Part shown: piece after piece, positions 1-10,009 of the stretch | Position numbering within the stretch: position 1 is the first letter of the stretch | How the letters are laid out: each line of letters starts with the position of its first letter | Origin: Candidatus Magasanikiibacteriota bacterium | Lineage (GTDB): Bacteria; Patescibacteriota; Patescibacteriia; Magasanikbacterales; GWA2-37-8 | Length of the DNA: 64,000 nt | Reading direction: 5' to 3' | Assembly (NCBI GenBank): GCA_026396515.1 | Contig: JAPLWQ010000002.1 | Coordinates: forward strand, 125,575 to 189,574 | Translations under genes and position numbers: made by a program | Notes under the pieces: model-generated | The model's input: only the letters and a program-made list of their open reading frames with translations | The model's database searches: none | Told to the model about the DNA's origin: nothing

Positions 1-1
1 C

Positions 2-3000
2 AGTAAGCCGCTCATATGGAGTGCTCGTTCCAATTCCCACACTAACCGCATCAGCACCCGTTCCTCCCAGAACCATCATATTTGAACCGCCGACTTTGGC
101 GTCTTTGCCAATAGCGATGGCATTATCCGATGAGGATGCAGAAGCTAAGGTGTCAGCCCCGATACCTAAAAATAAACCATTCGAACCGACAAAAATTTGG
201 CCTGCTTGAAAACCAATAGCAGTGTTGCCACTCGTATTAACAACTAACGGGAGAGTTCCATACCCGATAGCAACATTATCAGCACCATCGATGTTGCCGC
301 TGAGGGCGGATGTACCAATGGCAGTATTCTGTATACCGGTAGTATTGAACTGCATGGCAGAATAACCAATCGCCATATTGTCAGAACCTGAGGTGTTGTC
401 GCGCAGAGCCTCGGCGCCGATCGCCATATTATTGTAACCGTTGTAATTGCTTCTAAGAGCCAGATTACCAATGCCAATGTTTCTGGAAGTGATCATGGTT
501 GAAGTCCCCGCGTCGCCAAAAAAGTAATTCATTAAAGTGGTTGAGCCGTACGCTAAATTTACTCCATTATATTTTAAATAATTACCGGCGCTAATTTGAA
601 TATTACCATTAACATCAATGGCTTCAGCAGGGGCGCTGGTGCCAATTCCTAAATAATTATTCGTATTATCCCAGTACAAGGAACTTGAGCCGGTGATGGT
701 ACTGCTTGCATTCCAAAAAGCGATTTGCCCGGCCGAGCCCGAACCGGAGATACCTGTGCCGGAAGTAAGGGAGAGCCATGTACTGCCGTTATAACCGATA
801 AAGTCTAGACCATTAAAAGCAATAGTACCGGCGGTAGATGTTGGAGAAGTTGTAGCGCCAATGTTGATCCCGCCATTCACGGTGAGCAATTCATAAGTTG
901 AAGTTGTTCCGATAGCCATACGTCCGCCAAAATAATTTAGAGAGTTGGCGCCATCGGAATAAATATTATAATTTGAAGTGGTGGCAAAATTTTGTTCTTG
1001 AATATAGAGCCCATACAGTTTGCCTATAGTACCAGAGCTTGAACCGCTGGTTGGATTATTAATCCTCATGCCATAAGCCTCGCCAATTGTTCCGGCTTCA
1101 ATATTTATACTTGAGTTAATGGCGGCCGCATTAACTATCGTCCCGCCGCCGATTCCGTTTTCTATATTACCACTAAGACCAACGGCGTTGTTGATTACTC
1201 CGGCATAAGAAGCATCATTAATTCCGTTTTGCACACCCCCTTGCAATCCTAAAGCATACCAAATACTGCCGGTTGGCGTTTCTAGGTCAACTGTAGACAT
1301 TTGTCCAAATGCCATCCCCACCGTTCCGGAACCTCTATGCTGAATTTGATTAATAATACCGGCCAAAGCATCAAAATTGCGGCTATTACTTTCATTAGTG
1401 GTAACATTAAACATGGCATTTAGCGTGGTCGAAGCATCCTCATCCGGATTTAAATCCATGCCCAAAATATTTCCTATCTCTAAACCAGAACCCGTATTTG
1501 ATAAATGATTATATTGTTTGTAAGAAGCAAAATTAAAATTTAAATCACTTGGCATCTCGGTTGGGAAGCCACCGCCAACAATAAGTCGGGAAATAGTTGA
1601 CGTGGATAAAGTGGAAGTGCCGTTTACACTCAAATTGTTCAAAAGATAAAACGCTGCGGTGCTGGTTCCACCGGCGAACTGAATTGAATTTGTAGTAACG
1701 TTACCATTGTCAGTTACTTGTTGCAGATTCATCCCGCCAAAATAGGTTCCGGTCGCGGTTAATGAAAGCCATTCTGTTCCGGTGTAACCAATAAAGTCAG
1801 TGCCGTTGAATGCGATAGTACCGGATGTGTCGGACAAAGTAGTAGTAGCACCGATATTAATTCCGCCGGCGACAGTCAGCCTTTCATATGTTGAGCTGGT
1901 ACCAATGGCGACATTGCCATTTGTCTCAATACGCATTCGCTCGGTTGATGGATCCGGATCACCTGCTCCTCCGGTATAAAAAGTAATATTTCTGCTTCCG
2001 CCGGTAGCTACCAAAGCAATACCATTAGAATCATATAAAGCTTGCAGGGTTAAATAACCGCCCAAGTTTGTATTGCCGGCTCCAAATTCAAAATTGTCGC
2101 CCAGCATCATAACGGCACCTCTCGAAGTTCCAGCCTCAAATATTGTGGCCGCTCCGGTTGATGTGCCATTGGCAATATTTTGAACAACTGTCTGCAAAAT
2201 ACTGTCAGTATCTTCAGAAATATGGAGCTTATAAGCCGGGCTGTACGTGCCGATGCCAAAAAAACCGTTTGTATTGTCCCAATACAACGAACTTGATCCG
2301 GCAATAGTGGATGAGTTGCTCCAGAAAGTTACTTCACCGGTATTACCTGACCCGGCAATACCGGGAACGGCCGGCGTACCTGAACCGGAAGTAAGCGACA
2401 CCCAAACGCTGCCGGTGTAGCCGATAAAATCAACCCCGTTCCAGGCAATCGTGCCGGCTGTTGAAGTTGGGGTTGTTGTCGCGCCGATATTAATGCCGCC
2501 GGCGACAGTAAATAATTCATATGTTGAACTGGTGCCAATAGAAACTTGTCCGGTTGAGGCAACACGCATTCTCTCCGTGGAAGGATACGGCTCGCTGGAA
2601 TTTAAACCGCCGGTATAAAAAATAATATTTTTATTTCCTCCGGTCGCAACCATGGCGATGCCATTTGAATTATCTTCGGCAGTTAAAGTTAGATACCCGG
2701 CCAAGTTGGTGTAACCGCTATCATACTCAAAATTTTCTGAAGGCATCAGCAGTCCGCCGCTGGCATTCCCGGATTGAACCACCAAGGCGGCGCCGGCTGT
2801 GGTGCCACTGGCCGTATTTTGTATCATCATCTGCATGATGCTATTTTCACTGTCAACAATGTGCAGCCTATGCTCCGGACTTGTTGTGCCGATACCAATA
2901 TTGCCGGCAAAATAATTTATCGAATTAGTACCGGCCGAATAAATGTTGAAATTTGTATCACTGCCGAGAGTTTGCTCTTCGATATATAAACCATACAAAT

Positions 3001-4717
3001 TGGAAATAGTACCGGTGCCACTATTGCTTGTTGCATTATTTATGCGCAGACCAGCAGCATTAATAATCGTGCCTGCTTCAATATTAATATCTGACAACAA
3101 CGCCGTCGCATTGGTAATCGTACCGCCGCCAATCCCATTTTCCACATATCCGCTAAGACCGACGGCAACTCCAATACTCCCTGAATATGTCGGGTCATTC
3201 GATCCGTTCATTACCTGACCTCTCATGCCAAAAGCAAAACTAATACTACCAGTAGGGCTTTCCAATTCAACTGACGACACACTGCCAAATGCACCAGATA
3301 CAGCTCCGGTGCCTTGGTGAACTACCTGGGTCATGGTACCCCCGATCAGATCAAAATTGCCGGTACTATTCTGGTTCGTCGTCAGGGTCAACATTGAATT
3401 AATGGTCGAGGAAGAATCCGCGGTAGTATTAAGATCAATAGAATATACGTGGGCCGGTAAAAACGAATCGGCCGGTAAAGAATTGTATTGCTTATAAGTG
3501 CTCAGTAACACTTCATCAGCAATATACCCACTATCACCGATGGCCAAGTGAGAAATTGTTGTGCTGGCCAGCGTACTCGTTCCGGACACATTCAAATTAT
3601 TGTTGACGATAAGAGCGCCGGTCATTGTGTCGCCGGTTATATCAACCCAAAGATCAGTGGAGGTAGACAAAAAGCTGGAAGAGGTAAAGCCACTTGCTAC
3701 CAAGCTTGTACCGTCAAACCACAAAAATTCATAAGGCGAAAACGAAGAGGCGTTTGTGCCGCCGTTAATGATCGGCAAAGTACCGGAAACATCAGAAACG
3801 AGATTTATTGTAGATGTACCCCAAACACCGCCGGACAGTTTAATAAATCCGTTCCAGCCGGAAGTGTCTTGACCGGTACCGCCGTAGGCCGGAGATATAA
3901 TGCCTCCCTGCCAAGTGCCGCCATTAATTATCCCCAAAGTGGATGTGCCGGTAACAGTAAGATTGGCGAGAGATAAATTTGTGCCAGTCGCATTGCTAAA
4001 AGTGAAGTCCGTCAAGGTAAGCGGATTTATTAAAATCAGGTTAGTGATGGTGGTGGTGGCAAAAGTAGAATTGCCAATAACAGAAAGATTGCCGCTGATA
4101 CTTGACGTGGCGGTTGAAGAAGACAAGTTAATTCCGGCGCCGGAATATGAACCAGTGCCGATATTAAAACTTAAGTCATTGCCAAGAGCCAAAAGTTGAT
4201 TTGGCGTGGCCGTGCTGGTGGCGTGAAAACCGTCAACACGATCAGAATTAAGAGCGTATGGATGAGAATTTAATTTAACACGCGGGCTGGCTTCTGCATC
4301 AGTGGAAATTTTTACACCAAGATAGTATGACCCGCTAGAGAAATCAAGATAAGACGGGAATGAAACACAGTCACCCAAGGTAAGAGTAAAATATCCTTGA
4401 GGATCGGGTAATATTTGAGCGCAAGCACCGCTTCCCTGATCGTATGTTTCTGTCCATAGCAGTGACCCACTTTGAGACGGGACATCAATGGGCGAACCAT
4501 TAGTGAGATGATTGTAAATTGAAAATTGAATTGTTGTGGAAGCGGCAATCGGGGTACCGGAATTGTCTCGAAGACGGCCCTGATAGTTAACAGCATTTGG
4601 GATAGCTTCGGCCAGGTCGGAAAAAATAAAAAAAGTAGATAACAATACTGCAAAAATAAGCATTTTTGCTCTATTTCTTGAAAAATAAACTACCAGGTTT
4701 AGTCGTTCTTTGACCAT
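2..4717 (-). CDS. Giant secreted mosaic fibre/adhesin (tail-fibre-like GIGTxxP repeats), 3' end outside window, >1570 aa
   Basis: ATG at 4717 (MVKERLNLVVYFSRNRAKMLIFAVLLSTFFIFSDLAEAIPNAVNYQGRLRDNSG...). The same frame reads VGIGTSTPYERLT at the window edge. The ORF track lists no ORF ending in this frame, consistent with no internal stop. Repeated GIGT/GGINIGATT modules and N-x-AIG repeats. Confidence 0.85.
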   Translation of the reverse strand, partial: MVKERLNLVVYFSRNRAKMLIFAVLLSTFFIFSDLAEAIPNAVNYQGRLRDNSGTPIAASTTIQFSIYNHLTNGSPIDVPSQSGSLLWTETYDQGSGACAQILPDPQGYFTLTLGDCVSFPSYLDFSSGSYYLGVKISTDAEASPRVKLNSHPYALNSDRVDGFHATSTATPNQLLALGNDLSFNIGTGSYSGAGINLSSSTATSSISGNLSVIGNSTFATTTITNLILINPLTLTDFTFSNATGTNLSLANLTVTGTSTLGIINGGTWQGGIISPAYGGTGQDTSGWNGFIKLSGGVWGTSTINLVSDVSGTLPIINGGTNASSFSPYEFLWFDGTSLVASGFTSSSFLSTSTDLWVDITGDTMTGALIVNNNLNVSGTSTLASTTISHLAIGDSGYIADEVLLSTYKQYNSLPADSFLPAHVYSIDLNTTADSSSTINSMLTLTTNQNSTGNFDLIGGTMTQVVHQGTGAVSGAFGSVSSVELESPTGSISFAFGMRGQVMNGSNDPTYSGSIGVAVGLSGYVENGIGGGTITNATALLSDINIEAGTIINAAGLRINNATSNSGTGTISNLYGLYIEEQTLGSDTNFNIYSAGTNSINYFAGNIGIGTTSPEHRLHIVDSENSIMQMMIQNTASGTTAGAALVVQSGNASGGLLMPSENFEYDSGYTNLAGYLTLTAEDNSNGIAMVATGGNKNIIFYTGGLNSSEPYPSTERMRVASTGQVSIGTSSTYELFTVAGGINIGATTTPTSTAGTIAWNGVDFIGYTGSVWVSLTSGSGTPAVPGIAGSGNTGEVTFWSNSSTIAGSSSLYWDNTNGFFGIGTYSPAYKLHISEDTDSILQTVVQNIANGTSTGAATIFEAGTSRGAVMMLGDNFEFGAGNTNLGGYLTLQALYDSNGIALVATGGSRNITFYTGGAGDPDPSTERMRIETNGNVAIGTSSTYERLTVAGGINIGATTTLSDTSGTIAFNGTDFIGYTGTEWLSLTATGTYFGGMNLQQVTDNGNVTTNSIQFAGGTSTAAFYLLNNLSVNGTSTLSTSTISRLIVGGGFPTEMPSDLNFNFASYKQYNHLSNTGSGLEIGNILGMDLNPDEDASTTLNAMFNVTTNESNSRNFDALAGIINQIQHRGSGTVGMAFGQMSTVDLETPTGSIWYALGLQGGVQNGINDASYAGVINNAVGLSGNIENGIGGGTIVNAAAINSSINIEAGTIGEAYGMRINNPTSGSSSGTIGKLYGLYIQEQNFATTSNYNIYSDGANSLNYFGGRMAIGTTSTYELLTVNGGINIGATTSPTSTAGTIAFNGLDFIGYNGSTWLSLTSGTGISGSGSAGQIAFWNASSTITGSSSLYWDNTNNYLGIGTSAPAEAIDVNGNIQISAGNYLKYNGVNLAYGSTTLMNYFFGDAGTSTMITSRNIGIGNLALRSNYNGYNNMAIGAEALRDNTSGSDNMAIGYSAMQFNTTGIQNTAIGTSALSGNIDGADNVAIGYGTLPLVVNTSGNTAIGFQAGQIFVGSNGLFLGIGADTLASASSSDNAIAIGKDAKVGGSNMMVLGGTGADAVSVGIGTSTPYERLT

Positions 4718-4877
4718 CCGAAAATCGATAGATTAATTTACATCATTATTATAGCATATTTTTGCTTCATTGGATAACACTTACAACCATCAGCTGTGGA
4801 TAATTTTCTCTTAGTTAAGACAAAAAACAAAAAATAAAAAAAGAGGTGGCGGAAACACCCTTTTTTAATGAAATTTT

Positions 4878-5606
4878 TTACGGGTTAACCAGTGCCGTAA
4901 TGGTAATTGTGCCGGAATAATCGCCACTCTGCTGTGTTACCGGCGGCGAAGCACGATAACCAATAATCGTGTCGGTTGAGCCAAAATTACAGGTTGAACA
5001 ATTCATGATCTGTTGCATTGAGACAGGAAAACCGGCATATTTTGCCGTACCCGACGCATCACTTGCCCCCCACCAAGTCGAATCATAATTAGAGTTCGTC
5101 CCCGCTTGCATTACGCGAAAGCTTAAGTTGTTACCGGGTGTTGTAGCGCCGTTTCCGGAACCGCTTGAATTCCAATCAGTCGCATCTGGAAATGGATTGT
5201 CCGGAGGCGAACCTGCATTTTGATCCATGGTTGAGGTGGCGCTGTCGCGTTTTATCGTAATATTATAGCCATTTAAAGCGCCGACCATATCAACAACTAC
5301 CGACGAGGTGACTTGCGAGGGGATAAGCGGCGTTAATACTCCAAAATTTACGCTGGTGGCAACAGTGATTGTCATCACGCCAAACTCAATCACCAAACCA
5401 TTATCCAAAATATAATTAGTGCTGGTGGAACGCCCGACTGCAGGATCACCGGCACCCCCCTTCAACTGAAAACCCGTTGATGTCGCATCATGGTAAGTAG
5501 CATTATATGTGCTCCTGTCTTCAGTGTACGCGAAAACAGTCGCCGCCATAGTTAACGACAATAGAAAAATATTTGAAAAAAATTTTAATATTCGAAGCGG
5601 TTGCAT
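4878..5606 (-). CDS. Secreted WxL-like beta-sandwich surface protein, paralog of 5783-6430
   Basis: Signal peptide; C-terminal GDYSGTITITALVNP; shares FPDATxW, NLSFR, YxxxWWGA and AGFP with 5783-6430. Confidence 0.6.
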   Translation of the reverse strand: MQPLRILKFFSNIFLLSLTMAATVFAYTEDRSTYNATYHDATSTGFQLKGGAGDPAVGRSTSTNYILDNGLVIEFGVMTITVATSVNFGVLTPLIPSQVTSSVVVDMVGALNGYNITIKRDSATSTMDQNAGSPPDNPFPDATDWNSSGSGNGATTPGNNLSFRVMQAGTNSNYDSTWWGASDASGTAKYAGFPVSMQQIMNCSTCNFGSTDTIIGYRASPPVTQQSGDYSGTITITALVNP

Positions 5607-5782
5607 GCAAATATTATATCAGATTTTATGTCGTCTGACAAAGCGACAACCCCTGAACCTTACCCTCTTTATCCTGTGGATAACTAATTGAATACCATCC
5701 GGCGTAAATGTGGTATAATTAGCGAGGTGAAAAATATCCAAATATTTTTTACAATATTTAATTAATAATAAATTTTAATATT

Positions 5783-6430
5783 ATGAGAAGAAAAATTCTT
5801 TCTGCCGTCATCGCTGTAATGATGATTGTGGGCGGAAGCGGTATATTAAGTTTAGCTCGAATTCAAGTTGTCAAAGCCGTGTCTGACAGTAAAACGCAGA
5901 CAATTGTGCTTTCAGTCACATCAACGATCACGCTGACACTGGCTACCAGCACGGTAAATCTTGGCACATTAGCGCCAGGCACTCCCCTTTCCGCCACAAC
6001 ATCGCTAAGTGTGACCACCAACGACGGTAATGGATGGAATCTTCAGGTTATGCGCGATGACGCCACCACAACATTGAATCTTAATGGAACTTCAACGCCA
6101 GACACTACTTTTCCTGATGCGACGGCCTGGGCATATGCCACTCCAAATGCCACAACTTCCGCTAATGTTGGCGCAAATTTATCATTCAGGATTTTTCAGA
6201 CCGGCACTGATGCAGCACTTTATAATGCCAGCTGGTGGGGGGCTGATGATACCGCTCCGAACGCATTATTCGCCGGGTTTCCTGCCACAAATCAGCAACT
6301 CGCGACAATAGCGTCTTATGTGGGATCTGCACAGGCGGTGGCCTATGGTTTCAGGGCAGATGCTCCGGGCACACAGCCGGGCGGTACTTATTCCGGTACA
6401 GTGACATTTACTGCAATTACCAATCCATAA
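5783..6430 (+). CDS. Secreted WxL-like surface subunit
   Basis: Signal peptide; Thr-rich; C-terminal GTYSGTVTFTAITNP; lies directly upstream of a DUF916-like gene. Confidence 0.6.
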   Translation: MRRKILSAVIAVMMIVGGSGILSLARIQVVKAVSDSKTQTIVLSVTSTITLTLATSTVNLGTLAPGTPLSATTSLSVTTNDGNGWNLQVMRDDATTTLNLNGTSTPDTTFPDATAWAYATPNATTSANVGANLSFRIFQTGTDAALYNASWWGADDTAPNALFAGFPATNQQLATIASYVGSAQAVAYGFRADAPGTQPGGTYSGTVTFTAITNP

Positions 6431-6442
6431 GAATATATTTTT

Positions 6443-7360
6443 ATGAAGAGAGCGACATACGTCAAATTTGGTCTCTCGCTCATACTGGCCACAATTATTT
6501 CACTACTCAAAATAGAAGCTGCGTCCGCGCAGCTTTCTATTTCTGCATACCCTCTTTCAGTTCGTGGCAAGCTTGACCCGGGGCAATCAATGCAGGCAAA
6601 TGTCACGGTGACAAACCCGAATGATTTTGACATTCGTGTCAGACCGGAAAAAGAAAATCTTAGTGGCGGTGCGGAGGGCGTTATACAGCTTCAGGGCGAA
6701 AAAGATATTCCATGGGGCATCGCGTCGTGGATTAAATTCGATGATTCTAATGATTTTTTGCTTAAACCGAAAGAGCACAGAAAAGTTTTCTTTACTATTG
6801 ACGTACCGGCAAATGCGGAACCGGGAGGCCATTATGGCGCCGTTCTGTTTAGGGCTCTCTCTGCGACTGCTGAAGAAAACGAACAAAGTGGTGTTGAAGT
6901 TTCCGGACGGGTGGGTAGTGTCCTGTTATTCGAAATTTCAGGCAATGTAATTAATGACGCGACCGTGTCGGAAATAATTGCGCCAAAATTTATCGGCCAT
7001 GGACCGTTGAAAATTTCCTTTAAATTTAAAAATGGCGGCAATTCATACTTCAGCCCGGAGGGCGAGGTTGTATATTCAAATTTTTGGAACAAAAGCTATG
7101 ACGCATGGCGGCCACGCGTAGTTTTTCCCGGTTTTGAACGAACATTCGACTCCGCATGGAACCGAAAATTCTTATTTGGTCCTGTAAAAATTACGATCAA
7201 TTCCAGAGTACAGGAAAACGGTCTTATTATCCCTGCAAAATCAATTATTATCTGGGCGTTTCCCTGGCAAGAAGCATTAATTATTCTTGCAGCTATACTG
7301 ATCCTGCTATTCGGAATAAAATATTTCAAAAAGAAATTTAAGATCGTGCGTGTTGAGTAG
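6443..7360 (+). CDS. DUF916/WxL-interacting-protein-like membrane-anchored protein
   Basis: Signal peptide, FTIDVPANAEPGGHYGAVLF motif, second Ig-like domain (KNGGN), C-terminal TM helix with basic tail. Confidence 0.7.
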   Translation: MKRATYVKFGLSLILATIISLLKIEAASAQLSISAYPLSVRGKLDPGQSMQANVTVTNPNDFDIRVRPEKENLSGGAEGVIQLQGEKDIPWGIASWIKFDDSNDFLLKPKEHRKVFFTIDVPANAEPGGHYGAVLFRALSATAEENEQSGVEVSGRVGSVLLFEISGNVINDATVSEIIAPKFIGHGPLKISFKFKNGGNSYFSPEGEVVYSNFWNKSYDAWRPRVVFPGFERTFDSAWNRKFLFGPVKITINSRVQENGLIIPAKSIIIWAFPWQEALIILAAILILLFGIKYFKKKFKIVRVE

Positions 7361-7369
7361 AAATTTAAC

Positions 7370-8377
7370 ATGCGGAGGAAAATATTAAAAACCATTGTAA
7401 TGATGCGAGCCCCTAAATTTCTTGTTATGGGGCTTGTATTTATATTGGCGCCAATCATGGTTTTTGCCGCTACATCCAGCCAAAACCAAAATATGACCAT
7501 AGTTGTTTCCTCAACTCCTCCCGCCGATCATTGCATTGATGGCATGCAAAATTTTGATGAAACCGGGGTAGATTGCGGCGGTTCAACCTGCTCCTCATGT
7601 GGGGGAGGCGGAGGTGGCGGAGGGGCGGTTCTCGCCCAAGTGTCATTTAACGGAAAAGCTGCACCGTACGGCTCAATAAAAATATTAAAAGATGGTATTT
7701 TGGCGTCTACCGGCGCTGCTACGGCAAGCGGCGATTTTAATATTGTCGCCGGAAATTTATCAACCGGCAATTATAAGTTCACAATATATTACGAAGATTC
7801 TGCCGGACGACGATCGGCATCTCTTATTATCAACACTTCAATTAACCAGCGGGGTCAGGCGGTAATCTTCAGCAATATCTTGCTCTCGCCAACCTTAGAC
7901 ACTAATATGAAGGAGGTGAAACGAGGTGAATCAATTACAATATTTGGTGAAGCAACACCTGGCGCGGATATTACGATACGCATTACCGCAGGCAACGGCA
8001 GTGAATTGATATATCACACAACTGCTTTGAGCAACGGAAACTATCAATTTGTTCTTAACACATCGGCGATGGCTCTGGGACAATATTCAATAAGAGTCCG
8101 ATCCGCTCTTGGAACAACAATGCTAAGCGAATATACTTCGCCCATTACATTCACCGTTAGCGAAAAATCAATTATGGAACCACAGGAAAAATGCCCGACA
8201 AAAGGCGATTTAAACAATGATTGCCGGGTAAATTTGGTTGATTTTTCTATCGCCGCCTATTGGTATCATCGCCAAATGAGCCCGTCATTTTTTGCTATTG
8301 AGGCAAGGAAACTTAATGGCGACGGGATTATCAGTTTGGTTGATTTCAGCATTCTTGCTTATTATTGGACAGGGTAA
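7370..8377 (+). CDS. Secreted Ig-like protein with Cys-rich module and C-terminal dockerin-like domain
   Basis: CIDGMQNFDETGVDCGGSTC module, poly-Gly linker, two Ig-like repeats, duplicated GDLNNDCRVNLVDFS / LNGDGIISLVDFS Ca-binding loops. Confidence 0.7.
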   Translation: MRRKILKTIVMMRAPKFLVMGLVFILAPIMVFAATSSQNQNMTIVVSSTPPADHCIDGMQNFDETGVDCGGSTCSSCGGGGGGGGAVLAQVSFNGKAAPYGSIKILKDGILASTGAATASGDFNIVAGNLSTGNYKFTIYYEDSAGRRSASLIINTSINQRGQAVIFSNILLSPTLDTNMKEVKRGESITIFGEATPGADITIRITAGNGSELIYHTTALSNGNYQFVLNTSAMALGQYSIRVRSALGTTMLSEYTSPITFTVSEKSIMEPQEKCPTKGDLNNDCRVNLVDFSIAAYWYHRQMSPSFFAIEARKLNGDGIISLVDFSILAYYWTG

Positions 8378-8382
8378 ATCTT

Positions 8383-9294
8383 GTGAAAAAAATAATTTTT
8401 TTATTACTCGTCGCATCAATATATTTATTTATAGCAGCAGATGTTTTTGCGGCTGATTTTTTATTTTTTGGTGTTCCACAATCAGTAAATGCCGGCGACG
8501 AATTTAAGATAGATGCCGTTATCGACGCTAAGAAGCTGCCGATTAATGCCCTGTCCGGAAAAATAATTTTTTCTGAAAATTTATTGGATGTAAATCAAAT
8601 TTTAACCGGCAACTCGGGAATAAATTTTTGGATTGAATCGCCAAAAATTTCCCAGCCCGGAACAATTGATTTTTCAGGAATTGTAACCAACGGTTTTGAC
8701 GGAGAATTAGTGCTTTTTTCCGCCATTTTTAAAGCAAAATCACATGGCGAAGCCAATATTGAATATACAGACATTCAGGCCTTATTAAATGACGGAAATG
8801 GAACAAAGGACATTCCCTCGTCAAAAAATATATCCGTAAAAATTACTGTGCCGGCCGAAGGAGAGCCCGCTAAATTATTTACGGCCGTCGACAGCGAACA
8901 GCCGGATGATTTTATTCCTCAAATTGTAAAAACGGCGAATCTTTTTAATGGCGACTATACAATAATTTTTCAGGCGCAAGATAAACAGTCCGGAATTGAT
9001 CATTATGAAATAATGGAAAGAAAAACTTACAGGTTGTTTAATAATGAATTTGAATTTGGAATTTGGAAAAATGCTGAAAGCCCATTTCGGCTCAGCGACC
9101 AAAAATTGCAGAGCAATATTTTCGTTAAAGCGATTGACGAACAAGGGAATGAACGCGTGGCTTATCTTCCGGCTTCAAACCCAATTCTCTGGTATGAAAA
9201 TCGCTTAATTTGGAGTATAATTATATTGATAGCGGCAATTATCTTTGCCTGCGTTCTATTATATGCCAGAAAAAAAGATAAAAACCACCAGTAG
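8383..9294 (+). CDS. Membrane-anchored cohesin-like domain protein
   Basis: Signal peptide; cohesin-like strand pattern (INALSGKIIF...WIESP...IDFSG...FKAK...ALLNDGNGT); QDKQSGIDHYE Ig/Fn3-like part; C-terminal TM. GTG start at 8383 chosen. Confidence 0.65.
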   Translation: MKKIIFLLLVASIYLFIAADVFAADFLFFGVPQSVNAGDEFKIDAVIDAKKLPINALSGKIIFSENLLDVNQILTGNSGINFWIESPKISQPGTIDFSGIVTNGFDGELVLFSAIFKAKSHGEANIEYTDIQALLNDGNGTKDIPSSKNISVKITVPAEGEPAKLFTAVDSEQPDDFIPQIVKTANLFNGDYTIIFQAQDKQSGIDHYEIMERKTYRLFNNEFEFGIWKNAESPFRLSDQKLQSNIFVKAIDEQGNERVAYLPASNPILWYENRLIWSIIILIAAIIFACVLLYARKKDKNHQ

Positions 9295-10006
9295 TCCCTG
9301 GTTTTATGCGTTCATCATCGCCGGTGCGATGTTTTTCGGCCAAAGCGCGCATGCTGCTTCCTTATATCTATCGCCTTCTTCCGGCTCTTACCGCGTTGGC
9401 CAGACATTTCAAGTGGCAGTTTTCGTTTCTTCGGCTGATCAGGCCATGAACACCGCCCAGGCACTGGTATCATTTCCGCCGGACAAATTGGAGGCGGTAT
9501 CGGTCTCAACAAATAATTCCATTTTCAGTTTAATGGTTGAAAATCCCAGATTTACCAACAACGCGGGCCGGATTAATTTTTCCGGCATTGGTCTTAACCC
9601 CGGCTACGTTGGTTCGCATGGACGACTGGTAACAATCAATTTTAAGGCTAAAAGCATTGGCCAGGCAAAGGTCTCCATTACTAACGGACAATTGTTGGCA
9701 AATGATGGCGATGGCTCAAGCATTCCAATTTCGCTTGGCAGTGGAGCATATACAATTTTAGAAAGAAAAATAGTAGAGCCAGAACTTCTAGTAACAACCA
9801 CGGTTAATATCACCACCTCTACTGTTTGTCCAAAGGATCATCTGCCAAATATATTTCTAAAGATTAATGACTTAATTTTCGACCAGTCGGCACTTCTACT
9901 TTTACTCCTGCTTTTGATGATCATAATACTCGCGGCCATTTCTTTTTGGGGGTTTGCCGAGGCCTTTATTCATGAAAATAAACATCACTTTAAAAGAAAA
10001 AAATAG
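9263..10006 (+). CDS. Membrane-anchored cohesin-like domain protein
   Basis: ASLYLSPSSGSYRVGQTF...INFSG...TINFKAK...LANDGDGS; C-terminal TM helix. Confidence 0.7.
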   Translation: MPEKKIKTTSSPWFYAFIIAGAMFFGQSAHAASLYLSPSSGSYRVGQTFQVAVFVSSADQAMNTAQALVSFPPDKLEAVSVSTNNSIFSLMVENPRFTNNAGRINFSGIGLNPGYVGSHGRLVTINFKAKSIGQAKVSITNGQLLANDGDGSSIPISLGSGAYTILERKIVEPELLVTTTVNITTSTVCPKDHLPNIFLKINDLIFDQSALLLLLLLLMIIILAAISFWGFAEAFIHENKHHFKRKK

Positions 10007-10009
10007 TAT

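Noticed and set aside
21-4653. Short track ORFs in the first 4.7 kb
   Set aside because: Alternative-frame or antisense overlaps of the giant fibre gene.
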